From: Lama glama
Lineage: Eukaryota
Direction of reading: 5' to 3'
NCBI GenBank assembly: GCA_028534125.1
Contig: CM052816.1
Coordinates: 62,746,001-62,810,000, forward strand
Length of the DNA stretch: 64,000 nucleotides
The notes under the pieces were generated by a model that searched no databases, had not been told where the DNA came from, and saw only the letters and a program-made list of their open reading frames with translations. Both the position numbers and the translations under genes were made by a program. Shown here in pieces: positions 25,801 to 36,810 of this stretch (the first letter of the stretch is position 1; every line of letters starts with the position of its first letter).

Positions 25801-26544
25801 CACCATTTAAGGTAGTTACAGCCAACTTTTCATATTTATAACATATTCTCAAATACTCAGATTTTGGTGCTATACAAATTTTGGTGTTGTACACTGATCC
25901 AAAGATGCTGCGCCCGTGAATCATCCTTCAAATCAGCACTTGGCACTACTGAGTAGAACTTTGTTACCCTGAATATGCGCTCATATGGAAATGTTCTGGC
26001 ATGATCTAGTAGGTGTATCATCTTGTGGTGATGCTGTTTCCTTCTTACTCCCAACTTTCTACACTGAATAGCACCAGATGTCTCATCTAACAGACTTTGC
26101 TGAAAAGCATTTATCCTCATCTGAGAAAAAATAAATTCTGTGCATTAATCAACATTTTACAGCACAGATCCGAAGATTACCACAGTGTGCTGTGGCCTGA
26201 CTCTGGTGTATTACTGGCTTTAGGGAAGGCAGTAAGGGAAGTAAACTACAGGGAAGCTTTGGTAATAATGTCTGTTCCAGCACACAGTGAAGGATCCATG
26301 CAATGGGATACTGAGAAACAGCATTTGAAAGGAAAAGTGTGGCCACGTTGCCAAAGTAAGCCTCTCTTATCCTGTAGGTCGTTTAACTTTGTAGAGCCAG
26401 TGGGTTCCATGGTGGTACTTCAGTAATTGCCTTGGTTAAGGTGGGGGAACTGGTGATGAAGGCATTTCCACTTCTACTTCAAAAAGAGTAGCTCAGGCTG
26501 TTTATTTTACTTTTAAGAAATGATGCTTCTGGTAAGAAAAAAGT

Positions 26545-26750
26545 TTTGTAAATAATTGAGCAGGCTATGAAAAACCATTGAAGGTTTTCAGGGAGGTAGC
26601 ATAATAAGACCAGTTTTGAAAGATTGTTCTGGTGTCAGGATGTATGGGGAGTAGAGAAGCTTTGACAAGGAGGTTTACTGAGAGACTCTTATTGTCCAGG
26701 AAGAAATCAAGAAAGTCTGTCCAGCGTGGTGTTAAATGCACTTCTGTAGC
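26545..26750 (-). mobile_element. L2 LINE fragment
   Basis: 'aaaccattgaaggttttcagggagg...gaaagattgttctgg' is an L2 antisense motif. Confidence 0.55.
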
Positions 26751-28469
26751 TTTGTGGGCCTTATCTAAGAACACGACAGCCTGAGTATTTACATACATGG
26801 TAAGTTGAACCGGGGAGCATCCAAATGTTACATGAAACGTTTGAAACTTTTGTGAAGGAAATACAGTCATTTTGTGAAGGGAAGTTCTGCTAATAGAGAT
26901 ATTTTAAAAAGTTTTATAAGGCATATTTGAAGCCCTGTTTGAATAGCAAATAGCAAGAATTTTTAATGAAATAAAAAATAAAGGCATAATGGAGTTCTGT
27001 AAAGAGGAAGGAGGTAAACTTCAGAGAATTTAGCTTTGTATACATGTCCACAACCAAACCTGTTTATCATTCATATGTCCTATCTTTACCCTCCTAAATG
27101 CAGTGTATTAGTTAAAATTCTTCTCACTGCTGAACTCATCCTGAGAGTGGTAATAGGTCACAATGGGATAGAGACTTTGTGAGCAGGTTATCGAAAAATC
27201 TGGTCCTGTAGCTTCTTCCCATGTGGAATTTGGGGTAAGAAATTAATAATCATGCCTAAGTGTTCCAAAAGTTCAATTCATCAACAGCATGGGCTCTAAT
27301 TATTTTTTTCTTATTTAGTGGTCTCTGATTTTTCCATTAAAAAGTCATATGTACTAAGCTCTGAGAGAATTTTCCGGTAAAATATTTATATATTAAGTTT
27401 GCTCATAAATACCTTGCTCTTTCTCAAAGGCATCCCATAAATTTATTGGCACAGCTTTTCAGTTGCTATGCCTTTAATCTCTTTCTGGATTTGCAATATA
27501 TCCACACCTCTGAGATGCATGTACTTTTAAAAGTTGGCAGTTTTCTGGATGAAATGAGCAGAGTATTTTCAGAATTGCACAACATTTTTTGTCTCTAGAG
27601 GTTGAAATCAAGCCTTTTTTCAGGCAGGTTCCTTTCCAAAAAAATCCACATTTGTGAAAAACAATAAGGTAGATCTCTGATTAGTGATGTATTTTTTTTT
27701 ATAAACTTCACTGTTTCAATTTGTTGATAGTTAAAATTCTGATTATAGATATATTTCCAGGGCATGAATGTGCTGGTAACATGGATATTTTCTGATAAGA
27801 TTTGTAGAACTTAGTTTCCTCCTTACTCTTTCTTACTTGTTGCGGGTTGTCGTTTTGGGAAGAACCAGTGGCTTCGCTAATGGTGGAGTGTAGCAGATAT
27901 TGAGACCAAATATGTAGCTGTTGCTGTTAATGTGCTCATTGTTTCTCCAGAAATTGTTACTTTCAAATTTTTTTCTGTGGAGTTATTAATAGCGTATTCA
28001 GTGTGAGCTGAGCAAGTAGCTCTGCCCTAATCTCTACTTCCCCCATGAAGTGAGACCAGCTTTTATTCTCATTTTTTCAGCTTATGTCTTTACAGCTTTT
28101 ACTTCTTTCATTGCAGCTTCCCTTTTGGGACCTTTAATCACTTTGCCTTACCTTCTCCCTTGACCTATTCCTTTGTCCACATTGTTGCCCATTCCTTCTT
28201 TGCAGAATCCTGTTCTACCTTTGTTTTTGATGTCTGCTTTATTCTCTGTTGCACACAGGACTCAAAACATATTCCTGGCCTCCTATAGACAGAAATGTAT
28301 TTATATATATAAACAGCAGGAAAGAAAAACACTGATGATACGTTTGAGCAATTTATCTGATATTTGGGTACTATGGGCAAAAACGTTTGGGAAATTCTAT
28401 TAAAGGACCAGATTCTCAGTCCTCTTTGTTACTAATGTCTATTGCCATGTGACTTGGTGAGTTGAGCAT

Positions 28470-28808
28470 TCACTTGAAGCCTTACTGTTTGCTTGTCATA
28501 TCTGAGCCGCTGCTCTCATAGAGAGAAGGCTGTGCCCAGGATAGCCCACTAGTTCCAGGAAGAAAACGAGAGACGAATGGAGCAGAGCTGCCACAGCTAA
28601 GGTTCACCAGCCAAGTCCAGGCTCGGCCCTACACCAGCCCACCAGTAGGTGCACAACTGAACCAAACTGAGATCAGCTGAGACCAATCTAGATCAGCTGA
28701 TCCCCAGCCAATGCATAGCTGAGTGAGCTACAACAATATATTATTGCTGTTTTAAGTTACATAATTTGGGTCGGTCTATTATACAGCAACAAATTATTGA
28801 TCTAGACA
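28470..28808 (+). mobile_element. MaLR solo LTR (MLT1H-like)
   Basis: 'gagagacgaatggagcagagctgc...ctagatcagctgatccccagcc...ttgctgttttaagttac...tattatacagcaa' matches the MLT1 3' part. Confidence 0.75.
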
Positions 28809-29214
28809 GCATATGAATAAGTCAGTGCATGACAGGACACATCTTCCAGAAGAAATAGTCTTGTTTACCTGGGGCTTTGTTATGAGAGACTGAGCTGTTA
28901 GGCGTTGAGGCTGTAGGGGTACGTTATCATCAGTCCATTAAAGGTCTTAATATGCAGCTACAGAAATTATCATCCAAACAATGTTTCATCTAATTCCAAA
29001 GTGTATTAGGCAAAAGAAAAATCAGAGAGACAGGATTTACTACTTAGCCCATCCTTCTCTCCAATACTTTTCTCTTATCTAATTTCTGAAAGAATTTGTT
29101 TTTTTTGGTCTAAATTTGACAAATAATGTGCACCAACACTCCTCTTCCATCCCATGGCAGACCATTAGTCAATCAGGCTGAGTCAAGAAGTCTCAACAGA
29201 AAGCTCTTAATATT

Positions 29215-29535
29215 GTCTCCTTGAAATCACCTTTCCTTCCATCTCAGAGTTCCAAATTCTGTCCACCAATGACCAGCTCAAATGGTAGCTCCTCATGGGC
29301 CCTTTCATGCTTTCTTCTACCAGATAAATTAATTCTTTTTTTTTTAATCAGCTGTAATGCTTTACTTATCAATTCTTGAAATACCACATAACATTTATTT
29401 ACCTTTCTTGTTTCCCATATTCAACCTAAGGATTGTGAAGCTAGAGATCTGTCTTATGTTTTCTGAAACCCCTGCAGCATCTAGATTACTGCTTTGAAAA
29501 TATTATATAACCGATAAATGTTTGTTGAAAGCACG
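29215..29535 (+). mobile_element. L2 LINE 3' end
   Basis: 'ccagctcaaatggtagctcctc...gattgtgaagctagagatctgtcttatg...gataaatgtttgttgaa'. Confidence 0.6.
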
Positions 29536-32500
29536 AACTACAAACCTAAAATGTTATAACTCTTTCTTAACTCTTGCTTTTGGCAAGAAAAGTTTAAGAT
29601 ACCTTCTGATTGGTATGCGAATGTAGGATTCTGCCTACGTTTAGAGGCTTTCTAAACAGTGACTAATTAATTTCTCTTCTAAAATGTACCTGACAAGACT
29701 GTACAAGGAGGAAAGAAAAGCAGGGGAAAATTTCCTATTTACAGCATGTAAAAGAAGATGTTAATTTTTTGCAGGTGGGTGCTTTTTTTTTTTTTTTTCC
29801 ATTTTGGACCAAGAAAATGAAAGAAATGATTTCCCCTCCAGATTTTGAGATTCATCTTTTTTATTTAGGGCCCTAAAGATGCATTAGCCTAGAATCCTGA
29901 ATGTGAGTCTTTTATGAATTTGATCATTCTTGTTTGTTCAGCTCAGAATGAATAAACTAGTAGCCTCCCCTCTTTCACACTAGGACTATTTTGGTGAGTC
30001 AGAAAAAAAGGAGAAAAACAAAAATCAGCAATCATGATTCAAATACCAGCAAACTTGATACAATAAACGAGGTGGAAATCCTAAATTTGGGGGTAATAAC
30101 TTTATTACTTGAATGTATCATATTTGAAAAAAGTAAAGATTAATTTTACATTATAAGAAACAAGGTAGAAAGGAAGAGGGAAGGAGGGGTGGAAGAGAGA
30201 AAGAAAAACAGGGAGAGAGAGAAGGAAGGAAAAGTTTTCTGTTAATAAGTGTTTTATATATTTGAATGAGCCTCGACTTGAGACCTTCAAAGATTTGTAT
30301 TTGGTTTTGAGATCCTTTCATATATTTTAAAACAATTCATTAGGTGTCTGAGTTGCTTATAATCAAGTCAGCCCTAAGAGTAAGTGTGGGAAATGTTTTG
30401 TTAAGAAATAGTGTTCTCCCTTCTAAGTACCAAATGTCTTCACTGACCATATATACCCATGTGAAACAACATTCTCCTGGACTTTTCAGGAATATAATTT
30501 GAATAAATTTATATCTTCTAATGTATAATCCATTGATATTAACAAAGGGTCTTTATAGTTATTGAATATTGAAAGTCACATTAACTGTTTCATTGTTGTT
30601 AATAATATTTAAATCTCTGAAAAAACCCACAAGTTTTCCTTAAGGATATCTCATAAATGCAAAATCTATTAAAGTATATATACCTCATTGGCTATTTAAG
30701 TTTATCTTGGTGTCAGTTTTTGGGCAAGGGGCTTACTTATTATTGAGTAAACTGTTGAAACATTGACCAAAGCTTTTGTTATTATCTTTTCATCATGTAA
30801 TTCTCTAAGATACCTCATAGAAATGATAGTTTTGGATCTTGGCTTTGGTTGGAAAAGTCATCTTATACTTTCTCTCTTACCTGACTTTCAACCTGACATC
30901 TTAGTTTATTTGGGCATTTTCAATTTTGCATGCTGAAAATTTTACATAAAGAATGAAACATCTTTATGTACTGAAGACTCTGACACTCGATTATTTCCAT
31001 GTGTAAGAAAATAGTTAGATTATAAAAGAAAAGCAGACACATTTGAGTAGGTACTAAAGCAATTAAAGAATTCACGTAAGGGAAGACAAGGGAAATTTTT
31101 GAAATGTTCACCAGAGATTTCTATTGTGGAAATCCTGGGACAACTATTACCAAATGAACTGTTTCTAATTAGCGTTCTGAGTCCAAAGAAATCCTCTTTT
31201 TCCTTCAAACATATCTGTAATACTTTTTGTTCATTTTGGAATAATGTTAGTCAAATCTGTGCCTATCTTCCTAGAGTAGGTGCTCCAGCTATAAAGGAAG
31301 GATTTGGTATGTTGTGTACAGTAACAAGAATGCCTTTAGCTCTGAAAAAAAAAACATAGGACTAGAATTCTTTATGGTGAAATGATATACTTCAAAAATT
31401 TTGAACAAGGCCAATACAGCATCCCTGAAGCCAGTAGGCAAAGATATTATTTGCCTAAGGCAGTTAAAACACGTGGGACTGGAAGGAGTGAACCTTCACC
31501 AACAGACATGAACTCTCTTCAACACATATGCCAAAAAGAAGCCTGTCTCTATCAGTAGTGAACCAAAGAAAGAAGGAAAGAGGGCTGCTACTGTCTTCAT
31601 TCCCCCTCTTACTGCCTTCAGCAACAACTTCCTTTTATCCTGATTTGGATTTCTTGTCTATTGCCTCTCTCCAGATTTATTTCTTCTACACTATTTCTGT
31701 TTATTTTATAAATTCTTTCTAAATTCTTATTTTGATTATTGCCACAATTCGTTCTCTTTTCTATTCATTTATTCTAAATTTCTGATTTTTTTCTAGCACA
31801 ATTGTTTCAATATTTCTTTTTTAGTGGCCTCACTTAGTGGTTCATAACTTTTTTCCTCTCACAGCACCACCATTTTTTTCCCAGTAAAACAGTGAACCAT
31901 CTGCACATGGTAAATTGTGGCTCTGAGGAGAAAATTATTTTATAGATCTTCCCTAAAGAGTGAACGACTCATTAAAGGTTGAGGAATGGTTTAAAAAGAA
32001 TGGCTAGCACAATAGCTTAGGGGAAGGTGGAGGATGTCTCCTTTGTTGGCTGGAGAAGAGGAACAGGAAAGGGGGAAATAGAGTAAACATTTTAAAAAAT
32101 GGTGTACAGGTAAAGCAAAATAAAACTTTAAAAATTAAAGTAGATTAAAATGTTAAATTAATCTCAAAACTCTACAAAGTAGAAAAATATTTAAATTATA
32201 AAATAGTCATGAGAAAAAGAAAAACAACTGGCTTAATTTGAATAATGGCATTGCAACAATGACTTACATTCTCATATAAGGAATATTTGGCTCCAGTTTT
32301 TGAAAGTACATATACACACATAAACATATATATCTCTCTGTATACATGTTTTTGTTATTTACTTATATGTATATCGAAATGCACAAAATTACAGGGCAGG
32401 GAGGGGGCAACTGCGTCAAGGGAAAGGGTGGTGGTGGGAAATTTTAAAATATGAGATCTTTCCCCCTGTGTGGTGTCTGCTGAGAACCAACTGGTGTTGA

Positions 32501-32774
32501 AACTGGTGAGAGGACATATGGAAATGTGCTGTCGGGCTCTCAGTGTTGTTTTCAGAGCAGCCTGAAGAGTATGCTAATTTCCAGGCTCATCTACCTCTTC
32601 TGGAAGGGCCTTTTTAGGCTTTTTTAGACTATTTGGCTCCTTCACGCTTTATACCTTCCCTTACATTATAAAGGTCATTATAAAACCTGAATAGAATCAT
32701 GGTTCTAAGAGAAGTGATATTTTTAAAACCAATGTTGTCTACACCCTGTTGGAACACCCTCTTATTTTGTTAGT

Positions 32775-33006
32775 ATATGATATAGTGATTAAAAATAAGT
32801 CTCTTCAGACTCTCCCACTTAAAACAACCATATGATTCCTGGCAAGTTAATTAAGTTCTTAATGGTTTCACTATTTCTTGCCTGTAATTGTAATTATAAT
32901 TCTTGCCTGGGTATAATAATAACACTTACCTTGAGAATTGTCATGAGGATTGAACAAGGTCATGCCTCCAAAAAGTTCAGTAGAGTGCCCGGCACTTGAT
33001 AAACAC
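32775..33006 (+). mobile_element. MIR SINE (3' tip displaced to about 33512-33535 by an LTR)
   Basis: 'ggcaagttaattaag...aataacacttaccttgagaattgtcatgaggattgaa...gagtgcccggcac'. Confidence 0.75.
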
Positions 33007-33511
33007 TGTCAAGAGACGTTGTACTGGACAGTTGCTAAAAATGTCAAGGAAAACTTTATTTAAGACTACTGCAACGGGGAGAGAGACTGAATGTAACAAG
33101 GCTGAAACTAAATGCAGGTGGGTTTTGAAATGCTGGTTAGCTAATGGAAAAGTATTTGGAGGGTATAAGGAGGGGAGATTGGTCAGTGTGATTAGGTCAT
33201 CTGTGTTTGCTAATTATCACTAATGGAATTTACACTCCTACCCTCCCTCAGAGATTGGGGTATAGGGGGCCTAGCTTTCTTGATGATTACATTCCAAAGG
33301 GGCCTCCCAGGTTTTTAAAGAAAGACATTTCTGGGTTGTAAAACTGGCAAGAGGCTGGCAAAGAATTTACATCTCAAAAGGGAAGAGAAGGAATTTGCGA
33401 TGAAGTTTTCTAAAGTAAATGCCCTAAGAAAAGGGAGGTCAGGGACCTAGTGTCAGGAAGAAGCCTGCCTAGTCTAGTCAGGCTGAGGGGAAATGCAGGC
33501 CCTGTCGGTCA
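33007..33511 (-). mobile_element. ERV1 solo LTR (MER67-like)
   Basis: TGTCA...GTCA termini. 'gacatttctgggttgtaaaactggcaagaggctgg' and 'ttttctaaagtaaatgccctaagaaaagggaggtcaggg' match recalled MER67 antisense. Degenerate 4-bp TSD acac/gtac. Confidence 0.85.
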
Positions 33512-34399
33512 GTACTTGGTGAACATTAAGCTTTACCATTTTTGTATCCCAAACTAGGGCCTCTTATAGTCATTGAATTTAAGGAGGAGAGGAACCCTAC
33601 TTCCTTCCAGGGTAAAAACCTAGTTCTGCCTTCCAAAGTAACCAAGGCACATAAAGGTAATAGAGCTCTTCTAATCCTGTTCTCCTCAAGTGGAAACTGA
33701 GTTCTCTTTGGGGTTGCTTAGAGTTCCTCATGGGTGACTTTAACGTATTCATTTGTTTAATAAATTGATTGATTTTTTTTCAGGCAATGTTCTAGACACT
33801 GAGAAACTGGAGTTTTTAGAGGCTTAGGCCATCACTCATCACTTCAAGTTCATGATTTTTCTTTTTTTCTTATATTACATTTGTTCCACTAAGAGAGTGT
33901 TCTTTCCTGGGTATCATTAAGCAATCTGACAAATTATACTTTTATTTATACTTGCAGCTATATATATGAAAATGTTTGGCTGTCAGTGAAGACAGATTGT
34001 CCCAAACAATATCTGTATGCTAAATAATGCTCTTTCTCTTTGAACCCTTTACTCCAGCCTCACCCTGGAATTCTGATTCAGATAAATCAAGAAGCTATAG
34101 AGAGAAAGATTAATTACCAGAAAGAAAAAAAATGGAAACTTATATTTTAACACATGTTGAATATAATTTCATTTACTAAGAAACCACTTCTTAGATATCG
34201 AGAAACTGAAAAAGAGAAATCCACTGGATGTAAGTGCTGACATGAATTAGAACGTGTATCAGCTGGGTAGAAAGAGTGTGATTACATCATAATACCTTCA
34301 TATTTTCAAAATCTTTTTTGTTTTTTTTTGTCCTGTTTTGCTTTTCTATCTGCATTTCTAATTTTTTACTAACTGTGCAATGAACAGAAGCATGGCATA

Positions 34400-34863
34400 T
34401 GTCCTGGATTTTCTGTTTGCCTTATCCCCCCTCCTCCCGGATTCACGTTTATGCCCTTCTCTGCCATGATCTGTGTTCATGGTGGGGGATCTCTATGAAA
34501 AGTATCCCTTGAACTTCTTTGCCTCCTTTCCACCAGTTGACTTTGACCAGTGAGAGGCATTGGAAAGAGTTTAGAGAGTACAAGAGGAAAAAGTTGAGGG
34601 TATTTATCCTCTCATTTCCTTCATGCCTTGCCATGGTTCTGGCACTCGAGTCTGGGCATAATTCCTCTTCTAATGTCCTCAGTCTCAACTGGGCTCCAGG
34701 AACATTATTCCACCTTCTTAACCCTTCAGGTCTAGTTCTGTTGATTTCTTATCCATTCTCTTAGTCCTGCCCACACTTCTGTGAATACGCCCTTCATTAT
34801 ACTCTATTCAGTTAAACACTTCTGAGCATGCCCTCTATTTATTGCCAGGAATCTGACAATACA
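34400..34863 (+). mobile_element. ERVL solo LTR (LTR33-like)
   Basis: TG...ACA termini. 'tgtcctggattttctgtttgcc', 'gagggtatttatcc' and 'cctgcccacacttctgtgaatacgcccttcatta' are LTR33-type motifs. Confidence 0.75.
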
Positions 34864-35009
34864 ACTTATTTTAAATTTGCCCCTCTGATAGTCAATCCTT
34901 TTATAGTTTATATAATTTTAAACTTGACATGGTTCCAGTATTTATAAAAGTGTTTCTTGTCTATCTATAAACCTATCTGTAACTATCTATTTAAGTCTTT
35001 GAGTTATTA

Positions 35010-36810
35010 GACTTTATTTTATTTACTAATTTTGAGAAAGTTGTAGACATAGGCAGTTGGAAAACTAGTAGAGTACGCATTTAACCTTCACTCAACATCC
35101 CCTTATGTTAATATCATATATAAACTTTGAGTAAGTATTTATCCTAGAGAATTAACTTAAGTATAATATTATTAACTAAACTACAGAACTCAGATTTTTA
35201 CTAACTTTTCCACTAGTGTTTGTTTTTTGATACAAGATCTAATCTAAGATTCCCAAGGTTCTTGTCATCATCATGTCATCATGTATCCTTCATTGCCTTC
35301 AGTTTGTGGCCATTTTCTCATTGTTCCTTGTTTTTCATGACCTTGATATTTTTGAGGAGTATTGTCCAGTTATTTTGTGGAATGTCCCTTAATTCAAGTT
35401 GGTCTGATGTTTTCTCTTGGTTAGGTTAAGGTCATAAATTATTTGGAAGGATATCGAAGAGGTGATAAGCCTTTTTCAAGCATCCAGTCAGGGAGTACAT
35501 AATGTTGATACAATGTACTGGTGATGTTGACTTTCATCATTTGATTAAGGTCGTTTGTCCCAGGATTCTCTAGTCTAAAGTTACTATTTGAAGAGAGATA
35601 TATTTAAAACTATGTAATATCTTGTTTATGCTTGAAACTAATTTTAGCATTCATCAATGGATCAACATTTATTTACACATATTCATTTATATTCATATTC
35701 ATTTATATTCATATTCATATATACACAGTGATACCTCTAGTCCCAATTCAGCTCACCAAATTTCACTCTGCACTTCATCTTGTCTTTATTTGTAACTTCT
35801 TTCTCCAACAGTGGAAGATCTAGCTCTCATTATCTACAATATATTTATTTACTTGTTCAAACATAATGTACAAATGATTTCAGAATTGCTGAGGTATACT
35901 CCTATAAGGAGCAATTTTACCATCTAGAGTACAGTGTTTATGTATAGTTATTTTTGTATTAATCTTACAGCATGCAGTTTGCCAGTCACTTAGATCCACA
36001 CCTTTCTTCTCCATTCTTTTTAGGGTGGTTACATGATTCACTTGTACAGTTAGATTGATACAGTTAGATTGATTTGTCACAGTCTGAATTTCATCTTTCC
36101 CCCTTTGTCCTATTTATTTTTAATTTCTATACAATAAAATTCACTCTGTGTCTGGTTTTACATGTATTGACAAATACAGAGTTGTGTGTCTACCACCACA
36201 GTTCGATTTAGAACCATTCCACAACCCTCAAATTTGCTTGTTTTCCCATTTGTAGCCATCCTCCCCTTTGCCCCTAAACCCTGGCATTCATTGGTCTACT
36301 TCCATCACTATAGCTATCCCTTTTCTGGAGTGTCACATAAATGTAATCATATAATATATAGCCTATTAGCTTTGGCTTCAGCAAGCTGCTTACAAAATGC
36401 ATATAAGATTGAACTATGTGACTGTATAAATTAATAGCTCATTCCTTTTTTTTGCTAAGTTGCATTCTGTCATATGGCTATACTGCAGGCTTTTGAAAAA
36501 GAATTCATTCAACAATTGGGAGGATGTCTGTGTTTAAAATTTTGGTAATTTTGAATAATACTACAAGTATTCAAGTGCAGGTCACTGTGTGATCATAAGA
36601 TTTAATTCTTGAGTAAGTACCTAGAAATGATGGGATGGCTGGGTGATGTGATAGCTGTATGCTTATAGGACACTATGAAATTGTTTTCCAAAATGGTATT
36701 ACCATTTTGCCTTCACGTTAGCAAATGTTGAGAGTTCCAGTTGCTATGCATCTTCAAATGATATTTCCATTTTGAACATTACTTTAGCCATTGTAATAGC
36801 TGCACAGTGG
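35010..36810 (-). mobile_element. LINE-1 3'UTR plus ORF2 end (L1MC/L1MD-like); continues at 39488
   Basis: Antisense L1MC-type 3'UTR, then 'ttgttttccaaaatggtattaccattttgc...gagagttccagttgct...ttagccattgtaatag'. Confidence 0.8.

Noticed and set aside
26750..26799. 50-nt AG...GTAAGT exon-like segment (LCGPYLRTRQPEYLHT)
   Set aside because: Weak acceptor at the edge of an L2 fragment, unrecognised peptide and no partner exons.
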